57,529 nucleotides of DNA. It comes from Candidatus Micrarchaeota archaeon. Lineage in GTDB: Archaea; Micrarchaeota; Micrarchaeia; Micrarchaeales; CABMGC01. The stretch spans positions 1-57,529 of the forward strand of contig JAKAVL010000028.1 in the NCBI GenBank assembly GCA_021817305.1, written 5' to 3'. This document shows, piece after piece, positions 1 through 9,707 of this stretch; position 1 is the stretch's first letter, and the number at the start of each line of letters is the position of its first letter. Under the pieces are notes generated by a model. That model saw only the letters and a program-made list of their open reading frames with translations. It did no database searches and was not told where the DNA came from. Made by a program: the position numbers and the translations under genes.

Positions 1-69
1 AGACCTGTCGAGTAAGATATTGGGTTTTATAGACGAGTACAATAAGACTTCGAGGGCATTCCTCTGGAC

Positions 70-729
70 TTACGACGGCAGCCCACTCAGAAAATAATTA
101 AAGGTATTTGATGGACTATCTACTAGTATCTCCTGCGGCGCGAAGAGCAGCCGGTAGCTGAGGTTTATGTTGTTCTGCGGGTATGAGGCGCTGCCCCACA
201 GCCTCATCTGCTTGCGTATCCTGACCTCATTGTAGCTGAAGCCGTAGTACTCCTCGTTTATCGCGTCAAGCCTCGAGCGGACATCCTGCAGCATGCATTT
301 TGAGAGGACCTTGCGCACAAGGTTTGAGACGCGCTCTTCCTTTGTTGCAGGATCAAAATGCGCTGGTATGGTCACCATTATCTCGCTGCCTGAACGCCTT
401 GCCCTGGAATACGTTGCGGCCGGATCCTCCCTTATGGATATCCCGAACTCCCGTCCCATGACAACGATGCGCTGGCCGTTTGTGAATGTGGGAAGCGCGT
501 TTGACCGGTCAAGCTCCTCGAAGCCTTTGTCAGACATCTTCTCCAGCCTCTTGATTACCCTGCGCTCTAGGGATTCGAGGACTTTGGCACGGCCCCAGAT
601 ACCCATATGCGAGGGCAGCTTTATTGTGACCTTGTCGCTGTAGAAATATGCTGCGAGAGTCTTCCTGCGCTCCTTCACGTATTCCACGCCGAAGCGCCTT
701 CCCCCGACCTCGACGTGATCGCCCAGCAA
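70..729 (-). CDS. DUF45/YgjP-like protein (M48/WLM-related) with the HExxH zinc site missing
   Basis: 219-aa ORF. RIRKQMRLWGSASYPQNNINLSYRLLFAPQEIL matches the family core (RWGSC...LnwrL..aP.e..dYvvvHELaHL). The HELxH block that should follow is replaced by VDSPS, and the ORF stops about 14 codons later. Confidence 0.55.
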   Translation of the reverse strand: MLGDHVEVGGRRFGVEYVKERRKTLAAYFYSDKVTIKLPSHMGIWGRAKVLESLERRVIKRLEKMSDKGFEELDRSNALPTFTNGQRIVVMGREFGISIREDPAATYSRARRSGSEIMVTIPAHFDPATKEERVSNLVRKVLSKCMLQDVRSRLDAINEEYYGFSYNEVRIRKQMRLWGSASYPQNNINLSYRLLFAPQEILVDSPSNTFNYFLSGLPS

Positions 730-738
730 GCAACCATC

Positions 739-1323
739 TCAGCGCAGGTCAACTGCTATGGGGCAGCCCTTGAAGTACGTAGAGTTGCCTTGTATGTACA
801 TGTGGTCCGCGGTTATGGTGTTGGAGAACATTGCGCTGTAGTTGAGGGAGATGCCTGGCTCCAACTGCGCATCGCTCACGCACGTGCTTGTAGAGGGATT
901 CGTGAGGTTTATGGGGTACCCTAGGCCATGGGAGTACGAGCAGCTGGTCTGGTTAACCTCGAAGAAGTCTATGGTTTTAGGGCTTCGCGTGCTCGACATC
1001 ATCTGAAGTATGGTTGTGGAGCACTGAAGCTCGTAGTCAAGCTGGGTGTTGTTCGAGAACTCGAGCAGCAGGGACACCCTCTGCGCGGAAGCGAGGTTGC
1101 TCTTGAATACTGAGAACGGCACCTGTGTCGAGGAACCAGAACCGTTCTGGTATAGCAGGTATGCTGCAAGAGCCACTGCCGCAATCGCTATTATAGCTGC
1201 AATCGCATAAACGGCCATTCTGCCTGGAGAGCTGCCGCTTCCTTTTTTATCCGTGGAAGGCTGCGCCTTTTCCTGGGGCGCGCTTTTCTGCGTCTGCTTT
1301 TTTGGAGATTGCTTCTTCGCCAT
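739..1323 (-). CDS. hypothetical membrane-anchored exported protein
   Basis: 194-aa ORF. Lys/Gln-rich leader, one hydrophobic helix (MAVYAIAAIIAIAAVALAAYLLY), then a Cys- and N-x-S/T-rich ectodomain. Same strand as the upstream gene, 9 nt away. Confidence 0.5.
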   Translation of the reverse strand: MAKKQSPKKQTQKSAPQEKAQPSTDKKGSGSSPGRMAVYAIAAIIAIAAVALAAYLLYQNGSGSSTQVPFSVFKSNLASAQRVSLLLEFSNNTQLDYELQCSTTILQMMSSTRSPKTIDFFEVNQTSCSYSHGLGYPINLTNPSTSTCVSDAQLEPGISLNYSAMFSNTITADHMYIQGNSTYFKGCPIAVDLR

Positions 1324-1332
1324 TTACACACC

Positions 1333-3393
1333 TTACCTTGCAAAATATCCGACGTAGCATGAGCTTGTGAAGTTAGAGTCGCCGTAGGCCCTTACCAGTG
1401 TGCCGTACATTGAGTATATGCTTATACCAGAAGCGCCCGAGGCCTGCGTGAGCATTATCACCGGAACGTTTATCCTCGCGTACTCGTTGAGGCACTCGCT
1501 TGTGTTCATCACGCCGCCATTGCCGGAGCATGATGCGCCTGAAAGGTATATCGTCTTGGTGGTAACGTTGCGCTGGCTGGCGTACGAGGTTATCTGCGCG
1601 GCGCAGGCGGAGAGGGATGCCGTCTGGGTGCCGTTGATCGCTATCACAACGGCATGAGATGAGGACATTGCTCCGGTGAATGCGCTGATCGGGGCGCCGG
1701 AGTTTGCCGCAGATGCGACAGCGTATGTGGCTGCCACGTAGAGGGCCACGAGCACAAGCACAACGATGAAAAGAATGCGCCACGCGCGATGCACGTTAAC
1801 GTTGTGCCTTATCCGTTTCCTGCCCGAGAGGCTCAGGTACCAGATGTAAAGCAGTGCGAGCAGTATCAGGCCTATTATCAGTGACAGGAGAGCCGAGAGG
1901 ACCGGCGCGGCGGCCACTGCACTGGCGTAGGACATTCCTGTTGCGCCCGCTATGAACGAGACGAACGGCCCGTCTATGGCCCTTGACAGGGCCTCGGGGC
2001 TTAGGTCTATCTGCGACCCGAGCGCCGGTATCCTCGAGGATATGGAATCAAGTTCTGACTTTATCGAGGACAGTGTTGATGAGGATACCTGCGACTGTAG
2101 CTGCTGGTTGATCTGCTGCTCCCTGAACGACAGCGCAGACGTCTGGTTGGAGTTGTCCCCGGATAGCTGCAATGTGATTAGGACAGCGGTGTTGTTCTTT
2201 GCCTCGCCCAGAACAGAGGAGTATGTTGCGTTCAGCTTGGAGTAGGACTGGCGCAGTGCGCTGAGCTGCGATGAGAGGCCCTGGGCGTATGTAGTGATGT
2301 TTAGCTGCGGGTAGTTGCTCACCAGGTACGTGTAGTTGGACTGCAGAGCGGATGTCCTGGCGCTGAGGGAGGAGTTGACAACGCGCGCGAGCAGCTCTGC
2401 GCTAGCATTTAGCGTTGCGTTTATTCCGGAGAGGGTTGTATTCAGCGCTCTTGCGAGGATGGATCCCTTCTGCCTTGCTAGGACAGGCGTCACATACACG
2501 CCCTCCTCTGTGCTTATGTTGTCTGCGAACTGCTGTATCCTGGAGGCGGTTGGCAGCTGCGATTCTATCACGGCCATCTTCGCCTGCGCCTGTGCCAGCA
2601 GCGGTGAATTATATGTCGTTGACATGCAGTAGCCGACGGCATTGCAGTACCACTCGCCGGAGCCGGAGCTCAGGTTCACGGCGAGGCTCCCCGCCGGCGT
2701 GCATCCCGTGAAGCTTGCGCTTGACGGTGGAGGGAATATCGGATTGTCGCCTATGCTCTGCGTTATCTTTGATATGTTTGCGAGAGCTGCGTTCATGCCT
2801 TCCGCCCTTGCCGTCAGGTTGTATGTCTTTGCCGCAGACGCATATTCATTGAATAGTGATGCGTTGGACTGCAGCTGGTTGTACTGCTGCCCGAAGAGCA
2901 TAATGCCGGAGCCGAGTACCCCTGTAGGTCCTCCTGTCTGGTACAGCGCCCTATTGCAGTTCGGCACTATGGCGCATGAATTGCAGTAGTTCTGCACGGT
3001 GCATGTACTGCGGTCAATTCCGGTCTCTTGGACGCAGTCGTTTATTGATGCGGCTGAGCTGTTTATGTAGGCGTTGGCCGTATTGGACACAGACGTAAGG
3101 TTTATTGTAGAGGAAAGCGATGCTGTTATCGAGGGGCCTATTATTTCCGCTATGTCATTTGAATTGAGAACGAATGACCCGGAGCCCGAGTCGTTTATCA
3201 GGAAGTAGGGCTTGCCGCTCACATTGACCAGCGTGTACGCTGCTCCGGAGTAGGTTATGTTGGAGAACGTCGCTGATCCGGTTATGGAGTTGGAAACGTT
3301 GTAGCTGTTGAGGAGGGAGATCGGGTTTGTCGCCGCAGAGAAGCCCAGCAGCGCTGAGGCGAATGCCAATATGATGAACATCGACCGGTCCAT
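1333..3393 (-). CDS. large exported Ser/Asn/Thr-rich surface protein with two C-proximal TM helices
   Basis: 686-aa ORF. N-terminal signal-like MFIILAFASALLGFSAA, many N-x-S/T sequons, TM helices near VLSALLSLIIGLILLALLYIWYL and ILFIVVLVLVALYVAATYAV. Confidence 0.55.
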   Translation of the reverse strand: MDRSMFIILAFASALLGFSAATNPISLLNSYNVSNSITGSATFSNITYSGAAYTLVNVSGKPYFLINDSGSGSFVLNSNDIAEIIGPSITASLSSTINLTSVSNTANAYINSSAASINDCVQETGIDRSTCTVQNYCNSCAIVPNCNRALYQTGGPTGVLGSGIMLFGQQYNQLQSNASLFNEYASAAKTYNLTARAEGMNAALANISKITQSIGDNPIFPPPSSASFTGCTPAGSLAVNLSSGSGEWYCNAVGYCMSTTYNSPLLAQAQAKMAVIESQLPTASRIQQFADNISTEEGVYVTPVLARQKGSILARALNTTLSGINATLNASAELLARVVNSSLSARTSALQSNYTYLVSNYPQLNITTYAQGLSSQLSALRQSYSKLNATYSSVLGEAKNNTAVLITLQLSGDNSNQTSALSFREQQINQQLQSQVSSSTLSSIKSELDSISSRIPALGSQIDLSPEALSRAIDGPFVSFIAGATGMSYASAVAAAPVLSALLSLIIGLILLALLYIWYLSLSGRKRIRHNVNVHRAWRILFIVVLVLVALYVAATYAVASAANSGAPISAFTGAMSSSHAVVIAINGTQTASLSACAAQITSYASQRNVTTKTIYLSGASCSGNGGVMNTSECLNEYARINVPVIMLTQASGASGISIYSMYGTLVRAYGDSNFTSSCYVGYFAR

Positions 3394-3495
3394 GTTACCG
3401 AATACACTTCACACTAAATATTTATAAATGCATAGCAGAGAGTTCGAGGCATATGGAAGGGACTGAGGGCATACCGCTGAATATTTATACTGCGC

Positions 3496-4338
3496 ATGCC
3501 CAAGTACTGCACTATGGAGGCATACAGGTTTTCGAGAGAGCGCAAAAGCAGCGGCACAGTGGTGGACGTGTCCGGCGTTAAGGTCGGCGGCAGGGAGATA
3601 GTGATTGCGGCGGGCCCGTGCTCGGTGGAGAGCGAGGAGCAGCTTATGGATACCGCAAAGGGCGTGATCGGAGCGGGAGCCGGCATAATAAGGGGCGGCG
3701 CGTTCAAGCCTAGGACTAGCCCGTATTCATTCCAGGGGCTTGGCAAGGAAGGCCTTGGAATCCTTAAAGAGGCAGGCAGGAGGTTCGATGTGCCCATAGT
3801 CACGGAGCTCATGGATACGGGCCTCGTGGAGCTGTATTCCAGGGACGTCGATTTGATACAGGTGGGCGCAAGAAACTCCCAGAACTTCGATATGCTCAAA
3901 AGGCTTGGGAAGCAGAAGAGGCCGGTGCTTCTCAAGAATGGCACTGGGACAAGCGTGCAGGAGTGGCTCATGTCGAGCGAGTATGTGCTAAGCGAAGGCA
4001 ACAGCAGCGTAATCCTGTGCTACAGGGGCGCCAAGAGCATAGAGGGCGCGACGCGCTTCTCAATGGACATGGGCGCGATAGCCATGGCAAGAAAGCTGTC
4101 CCATATGCTGATATGCGTTGACCCGAGCCATGCGGCCGGGAGGCGCGAGTTCGTTGCGCCGATGGCCCTGGCGGCGATCGCGGCTGGAGCAGACATGCTC
4201 GAGATAGAGGTACATAATGACCCGGATAAGGCGCTCAGCGACAGGGAGCAGCAGCTGAGCATAGGTGAGTTTGAGGAGCTCATGAATAGGGCAAGGGACG
4301 TTGCAAAGGCCGTTGGAAGAAGCATAAGGAAAGGATAG
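3496..4338 (+). CDS. 3-deoxy-7-phosphoheptulonate (DAHP) synthase, type I-beta / KDO8P-synthase-like family
   Basis: AAGPCSVESEEQ, RGGAFKPRTSPYSFQGLG, QVGARNSQNF, VDPSHAAGRRE and AAGADMLEIEVHNDPDKALSD all match the class I-beta DAHPS signature. The start could also be the ATG at 3514. Confidence 0.85.
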   Translation: MPKYCTMEAYRFSRERKSSGTVVDVSGVKVGGREIVIAAGPCSVESEEQLMDTAKGVIGAGAGIIRGGAFKPRTSPYSFQGLGKEGLGILKEAGRRFDVPIVTELMDTGLVELYSRDVDLIQVGARNSQNFDMLKRLGKQKRPVLLKNGTGTSVQEWLMSSEYVLSEGNSSVILCYRGAKSIEGATRFSMDMGAIAMARKLSHMLICVDPSHAAGRREFVAPMALAAIAAGADMLEIEVHNDPDKALSDREQQLSIGEFEELMNRARDVAKAVGRSIRKG

Positions 4339-4471
4339 TTCACTTCCTCAGAAGCTCGTGTGCACCGCACAGGTTGACATGTAGTGGGCACTGCCGGAGT
4401 AGTTGGTGCTCAGGTATGCGATTTTATCGAGCCTATTATCTGCCCAACGCTCGGGAAGGTAAAAAGGTTTG

Positions 4472-4491
4472 GCAGGGGCCGAAGCCCCTGC
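4472..4491. terminator. GC-rich hairpin between convergent genes
   Basis: gcaggggc-cgaa-gcccctgc: perfect 8-bp stem with a tetraloop, lying between the DAHPS stop and the S-layer gene stop. Confidence 0.3.
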
Positions 4492-4546
4492 AGAAATAGA
4501 AAGCCAAAAAGGCAATAAACTTTGCGTCTCGTTGCTACCTGTGCAC

Positions 4547-7500
4547 TCAGGACGTCGCGTTCGCGAGCAGGTCGCTGATGAACTGGTCACCAGCTGTGAC
4601 GGTCTGCTGCGCCGTGTATCCAGCGACGAGTATCCTGTTCGTGCCGAATGCCTTCACGGTAACCGCGTCTGCGCTGCTCGGTCCCTGCATGAAGGTCGAG
4701 TTGAACGATGGGTTCTGCGCGAAGATCTGGCCCGCGACGCTGTTCACGAAGCTGCTTCCGACAACGATCAACGTTGTTGCGTTGTTCGCGTTGCTGTCGA
4801 GCACCGCAAGCGGAGTCGCAGTTGACGCCGTGTTCAGCACTGTAGGCACTACTGCCTGTGATGCTGAAGGCACTGCCGTCAGGTTAGCTAGTCCGGTCAC
4901 GTTGCACGATGTCGTGGAGAATGCGCATGTCGCATTGACCTTGCCGATCGTCACGTTCGCGATGTTCGTAGCCTGGCCAACTCCATACGGTCCGTACAGC
5001 TTTGTATTCAGGGTGTTCGCGTTGGCGTTCGTTGAAGGACCAACTATGAAGCTGAGTCCATCGACGCTCTTCGGCTCGTCGTACACAACCTGTGCGGTGC
5101 TTATCGATGACACTTCACCGCCGCGCTCAGTCCTAAAGCCCTGCGACGCGTTTATCGTGGCGCTTGTGCCCTGGTACTCGAGCGCGTTGTTGTACGTGCT
5201 CGTCTTGTTGAGGTAGTACAACGGGGAGTCCCTTCCTGCACCGCTCGTGCTGTTCGTCAGGTCCACTATGATGTTCGCGCCGACTGTCGTGCTTCCAGGT
5301 ACGGTTATCTCAGGGATAATGTACTGGTAGTACGCCTTCCTGCCGCCAAGGTGGGTGTCAGGAGACAGTGCCGTCAATATTGAGTTGACGTTGTTCTGCT
5401 CGCCGGTGTAGTACACCGTTGTGGCCTTCTGCGATATCTGGTACGAGTACGAAGGTACAGAGTACTGCACGTCAGGTCCGTTCGAGTACGTCAGCGTTCC
5501 GAGCAGCAATGCGTTGTTTGCGTCAAGACCGTTTGCCGTGTTAGCGGTTTCGTACACCATGACGTTCACTCCAGGGTAAGGCAGAGCATAGCCAAGCCTT
5601 ATTCCTGTGACGTTGGTCAGGTAGTAGTTCGTTAGGGGTATGTTGCTACCCGCTGTTGCGAAATCACCTGCTCCGAAGCCGTTTGCAGTGAACTGGTCCT
5701 GCCTCGTTGCTGTGCCCTGGTATCCATTGACGTATATCGGCAGCGTCTCAGTGGAGTTCAGGTATATGCTGTTTACTCCATTGTTCACGACCTCCAGCAC
5801 AAGACCTCCTGTGCCAGTTGCAACTACGTTCGCCAGACCCTTAGCGTCAAGCGCGTTGTTAGGCGCAAACGAGTACGGGTCGACGTTGTACGTTACGTTC
5901 TGCACGCTTGATGTAGGTGCAGGGAAGCCGGCCGCGCTCGTTATCTGGAACGCAGTAGGTATATGGCTTGATACCGTGAACTGGTTCTCAGGCTCTGAGA
6001 CGGTTGTCGCGTTAACCTGCTGAACTGCGCTTGCGCCAGTCGTTGTAGGGTTTCCGACGGCGTTGAAGGTGTAAGCCGTAGGGCTCACAAGTCCGTCGCC
6101 GTTCGGGTTCGAGTACACCACAGGTGTGCCTGTGTTCGCAGTCTTCATGGTCAGCACGTCGTAGTTCGAGTTGCCGCTGCTAGGAACTCCGAGGGAGTCG
6201 CCAGCGAACAGCACCTGCCACGCGGACGGGCTGCCTATGTAGTCGAATGTCGAGCCTGCGGTCAAAGTAGGCTGGGACACGCTCGTGTTGCCGTTGTACA
6301 GGATTATTCCCTGCAGGGCAGCGTTCTGCGATGTCGGGTGGCCAGAGCTTGTCTGGTTGGTTGTCCACCTGAGTGCCGTAAGCCACTCCTTGTTCGCGCT
6401 GTCGAAGTACTTGCCGTTCGACACGTTCAAGGTGTTGCTGAACAGCTGGATCTTCGCCCACTTCTGGTATGCGTACAAGCCAGGGAACGTCTCGGTTACC
6501 TTTATGTACAGCTTTGAGCCAGATGCGTTTATCACCGCTGTCTCACCGCTTGCGCCGTTTGCCGGGCCTACGGAGGTGACGTTCGTGAGCACGCCGTTCT
6601 TGTACACTGATATGGCAGCGTTAGCAAGACCGTTGCTCGTAGGGTATGACAAGTCGTTGAGCACGACTTTGAACGCACCGCTCGTCAGGTTGTGGCCGAC
6701 ATACACTATCGTCGCAGGGGTTGTTGCCTGCGCCAGTGTCACGTTGCCGCCAAGAACGAAGTTGCCTGAGTACACACCGCTCAACGCCGAATTTGAAGGC
6801 GGAACCAGGTTGTACACGGTCCAGTTCTGGCCGAGCAGCGATATTGCCTCACCGCTTGTGTAGTTGTCGGTCGTGTTCGTTATAGGCTTGCCGAATGTGA
6901 TGGCGTATGCGCCGTTCACGTCAAGCACTGACAATGCGCCAGTAGCCTGGTCGTATACAGGGAATCCAGCCAGCCATAGGTTCTCTGTTTCCTTTGTGTT
7001 GCCGCTGTTTGAGAGCAGGCCAGGAACCTGTGCATTGGACAACTGCAATATGTTGTCATACGTGGAGCCGCTTACGGACTTTGTGAAGCCCGAGAAGCTT
7101 ACTCCGCCGCCGTTAGTGGATGCGGAAGGAGCTGCTGAAGGTGAAACACCTATTCCAGCGTATGCCGATGTAGCAAGCGGGTTGCTTGTTATTACATAAG
7201 GCGACGCCCCCTCAGGGTATGCGTAGTTTCCGCCGGAGGATCCTTGCAATGTCTTAGTATACTGCAGGTTTCCAGAGTTGAGTACTCCTGGGTTGAGCAC
7301 TGAGCCTATCAATGCGCTGAATGAGTAGGACCCGGTCGGTACGACAAGTCCCTGCTCTCCGAGCCAGACCTGCTGGTTCGACAAAGTGCACGTAGGGGTT
7401 GTCACAACACATCTTACTCCAGACCTTCCGCTTACTGTTGCGGTTATGCTGGTTGAAGTGTGGGCCAATGAGCCTATCACCGCAGCTATGTTCGCAGCAA

Positions 7501-7672
7501 CTACGCCGTCGCTAGGCTTTGCGCCTGAACCAACGACTATCTGCACTACAGGTTGACCAGCGGTGTTGATTATCGGTATGCTACCGAAGTTCACACCCTG
7601 CCCTGCGGCAGCGAGACCTACCAACAAACTTGCCGCCACAGCGGCTATTCTCTTCGCATTTAGACTTTTCAT
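4547..7672 (-). CDS. S-layer-like major surface glycoprotein
   Basis: 1041-aa ORF. Signal peptide MKSLNAKRIAAVAASLLVGLAAAGQG, Thr/Ser/Asn/Gly/Val-rich, dozens of N-x-S/T sequons, no TM anchor, strong TATA box upstream. Confidence 0.7.
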   Translation of the reverse strand: MKSLNAKRIAAVAASLLVGLAAAGQGVNFGSIPIINTAGQPVVQIVVGSGAKPSDGVVAANIAAVIGSLAHTSTSITATVSGRSGVRCVVTTPTCTLSNQQVWLGEQGLVVPTGSYSFSALIGSVLNPGVLNSGNLQYTKTLQGSSGGNYAYPEGASPYVITSNPLATSAYAGIGVSPSAAPSASTNGGGVSFSGFTKSVSGSTYDNILQLSNAQVPGLLSNSGNTKETENLWLAGFPVYDQATGALSVLDVNGAYAITFGKPITNTTDNYTSGEAISLLGQNWTVYNLVPPSNSALSGVYSGNFVLGGNVTLAQATTPATIVYVGHNLTSGAFKVVLNDLSYPTSNGLANAAISVYKNGVLTNVTSVGPANGASGETAVINASGSKLYIKVTETFPGLYAYQKWAKIQLFSNTLNVSNGKYFDSANKEWLTALRWTTNQTSSGHPTSQNAALQGIILYNGNTSVSQPTLTAGSTFDYIGSPSAWQVLFAGDSLGVPSSGNSNYDVLTMKTANTGTPVVYSNPNGDGLVSPTAYTFNAVGNPTTTGASAVQQVNATTVSEPENQFTVSSHIPTAFQITSAAGFPAPTSSVQNVTYNVDPYSFAPNNALDAKGLANVVATGTGGLVLEVVNNGVNSIYLNSTETLPIYVNGYQGTATRQDQFTANGFGAGDFATAGSNIPLTNYYLTNVTGIRLGYALPYPGVNVMVYETANTANGLDANNALLLGTLTYSNGPDVQYSVPSYSYQISQKATTVYYTGEQNNVNSILTALSPDTHLGGRKAYYQYIIPEITVPGSTTVGANIIVDLTNSTSGAGRDSPLYYLNKTSTYNNALEYQGTSATINASQGFRTERGGEVSSISTAQVVYDEPKSVDGLSFIVGPSTNANANTLNTKLYGPYGVGQATNIANVTIGKVNATCAFSTTSCNVTGLANLTAVPSASQAVVPTVLNTASTATPLAVLDSNANNATTLIVVGSSFVNSVAGQIFAQNPSFNSTFMQGPSSADAVTVKAFGTNRILVAGYTAQQTVTAGDQFISDLLANATS

Positions 7673-7712
7673 GTCATCACATTAACATTTGAGAAGTAGT
7701 TCAGAAGATAAG

Positions 7713-7720
7713 TATTTAAA
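7713..7720 (-). promoter_or_regulatory. TATA box of the S-layer-like gene
   Basis: The minus strand reads TTTAAATA about 40 nt upstream of the ATG at 7672. Confidence 0.5.
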
Positions 7721-8179
7721 GCTATGCCAACACTTAACATCTTTGTTAAACGTACCCCTGAAAAGTACGTCTTGTGCAGTATATGGGTTCTGTTATTGAC
7801 GAGCGCCTCCGACGTAAGACGTTTTGAGCCGGTTTGCAGACTCCCATAGCTTGCGGCACGTCCCGCGGCGCGGTTTGGAGCGCAGAGCCAGCAGGGTTCA
7901 TGGGCAATCTCGTTCATAAAGTTCATAATATACAGTATATATGGCGTATAGGGCGATTATTTATTACCAAAGGTGAGGTTTAGGTTGTCGCACGGATTAA
8001 CCTGACGCTCTAGGCCACTGAAGCCGCTGTCCTTCATGAGCATTTCCAGGACATAGGCAGGCAGTTGCGGGCATTATACGATCTGCATCCCTTTCCCAGG
8101 CAGGTGGATATATAAACATTTGCGGTTCTATTGGAGGCGTGTCTTATCCCAACAGAATTTCCTCACGTCAAGGTATGAA

Positions 8180-8887
8180 TCACTTCGGAAGACGCTTGAG
8201 CATGTCGAAGTACTGCTCTATGTTGTTGACCGTGTAGAAGCCCTGTATCATGTGCCAGCAGACCTTCTCCTTCTCGACTATCTTCTGCAGGAAGTCGCGC
8301 TCGAAGGAAAACACCTCATCCTTAGGGAACTTCTCCAGCGCTGCGGAGCTTACTATGTATATCCCAGCATTTATGATCCCGCGCACCGGGCTGGCCAGCT
8401 TCGGCTTCTCTGTGAAGCGCCTGATGTCGCTGCCCTCCAATTCAACTGCGCCGAACTGCCTCACGTCATCGACGGTCGTCAGGCCCACGGTCACAAGGGC
8501 GTTGTTCTCCCTGTGAACCTTGTACATTTCCTTGATGTCGAGCACGTATATTGTGTCGCCATTTGCGACAAGGACGTCGCCTACGGGCCCGAGCTGCTTC
8601 GCCGCGAGCTTTATTGCGCCTCCGGTGCCCAGTGGCTTGTCCTCTATCGAGTAAAGGATCTCGCTTGGGAACCTGTGCTTGTTCCTGTCGTAGTGCTCTA
8701 TTATCTGCTCTGCCTTGTAGCCTATGGATATGGCTATGCGGCGCATGCCCTGCCTGCCGAGATCCGATATCACATAGTTGAGAAGAGGCTGGCCCCTCAC
8801 CTCTATCATTGGCTTGGGTATGTGCTGCGTCACCGGCTTGAGCCGTGTGCCCTGGCCGCCCGCGAGTACTATGGCTGTGTCTAGCAT
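8180..8887 (-). CDS. sugar-1-phosphate nucleotidyltransferase (NTP_transferase family)
   Basis: VLAGGQGTRLKPVTQHIPKPM is the canonical LAGGxGTRLxPxTxxxPKP motif. Also has PLGTGGAI and VANGDTIY. 235 aa. Confidence 0.85.
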   Translation of the reverse strand: MLDTAIVLAGGQGTRLKPVTQHIPKPMIEVRGQPLLNYVISDLGRQGMRRIAISIGYKAEQIIEHYDRNKHRFPSEILYSIEDKPLGTGGAIKLAAKQLGPVGDVLVANGDTIYVLDIKEMYKVHRENNALVTVGLTTVDDVRQFGAVELEGSDIRRFTEKPKLASPVRGIINAGIYIVSSAALEKFPKDEVFSFERDFLQKIVEKEKVCWHMIQGFYTVNNIEQYFDMLKRLPK

Positions 8888-8944
8888 TTGAGCGCCTGAA
8901 GGTTTTTAACGCAAAAAAGCTAAATATGTATTGATGCGTAGTAT

Positions 8945-9050
8945 AATTGTAAGTGAACGGTTCCGTAAAAGGCACGATTATTCGGGCTGACCAACGTGCA
9001 TTGCGCAGTGCACGCGTGATTGGTTGGGAAGACCGGCGCCACTTACAATT
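8945..9050. repeat. 106-bp element bounded by perfect 11-bp inverted repeats (MITE-like or structured RNA)
   Basis: aattgtaagtg (8945-8955) and cacttacaatt (9040-9050). The interior holds a near-palindrome, cgtgcattgcgcagtgcacg. Lies in an intergenic, AT-rich context. Confidence 0.35.
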
Positions 9051-9052
9051 CA

Positions 9053-9550
9053 TTATCCTAGCAGCAGCCAATAGCCTTGGATCAGAGGGAAGGACAATTC
9101 GACCATCTGCAATTCTATCCCATCCTGCCGCCTTATTTTGTTCAGGCCGCGCCTCCTGTATCGTTTTGAGTAGTTGTCTGCGAAGGATTTTGTGTTCCGG
9201 CCCGGGCTCTCCCTGAATTCCGTGATATTGATTATGCTGAACCTGTGCTTATTTTCAAGCAGGCGCTCCAAGTACGCCTTCACAAGGGCTATATTTTCGT
9301 CATTGCATGTTATGAGCCTTTCAATGTCAAATAGCCGATCTCTTATTAGTAGGTAAATGCATATCGCATACATCTTAGCGTAACACTTTTGCAGGTCTTT
9401 TCTGCAAAGTTTCCTGACGATCAGTCGAATAAGGCTTCCCTTCGGTACGCATCCGTCGTGAGTCTTGCTTGACGCACCTACGCAGGCGATGCCCACATCG
9501 GTCCCTTTATGCAATCTTCCGCCCATATCCACGTGGAAATCTTCTGTCAT
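9053..9550 (-). CDS. hypothetical protein (AT-richer than its neighbours)
   Basis: 165-aa ORF with no motif I recognise. Sits in a low-GC stretch between core genes. Confidence 0.35.
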   Translation of the reverse strand: MTEDFHVDMGGRLHKGTDVGIACVGASSKTHDGCVPKGSLIRLIVRKLCRKDLQKCYAKMYAICIYLLIRDRLFDIERLITCNDENIALVKAYLERLLENKHRFSIINITEFRESPGRNTKSFADNYSKRYRRRGLNKIRRQDGIELQMVELSFPLIQGYWLLLG

Positions 9551-9707
9551 GTGTGGCGACCATTTCTCGGAGGTATTATAGTAAAGTACAAGATTATGTA
9601 TTAAGGTAAAGGTATTTATATATTAAGTTTACAGATAGAATTGGGGTATTAGATATCAGCAGCCCGGAGGGGGTTTGGGGAAATTCTAAGGTATTAAATA
9701 GGTTTAT

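Noticed and set aside
4348-4590. 80-aa minus-strand ORF and 118-aa plus-strand ORF in the convergent gap between the DAHPS and S-layer genes.
   Set aside because: They overlap the 3' end of the S-layer gene or the terminator hairpin, and show no motif and odd composition.
7669-7926. 85-aa minus-strand ORF upstream of the S-layer-like gene.
   Set aside because: It would run through the S-layer gene's TATA box and 5' region and overlap its start. It has no motif and poor codon usage. I treat it as promoter/leader sequence.
7673-8179. A 500-nt gap with GC-rich patches (7800-7910, 7975-8110). I considered SRP RNA, RNase P RNA or another structured RNA.
   Set aside because: I could not find SRP helix-8 (GNAR/AGCA-type) or RNase P conserved-region motifs, nor convincing long-range pairing by eye. 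A covariance-model scan (Rfam/Infernal) would settle it.
8120-8884. 254-aa plus-strand ORF.
   Set aside because: It is entirely antisense to the well-supported nucleotidyltransferase gene. The sequence is Leu/Arg/Val/Tyr-rich and low in complexity, as is typical of the reverse frame of a GC-rich gene.
9551-9707. Four GGTATTA-containing motifs spaced about 35-43 bp apart, upstream of the AglB-like gene.
   Set aside because: Each looks like a generic BRE/TATA-like AT-rich promoter element in a divergent intergenic region. The spacing is irregular and the flanks are not conserved, so I do not call it a repeat array.
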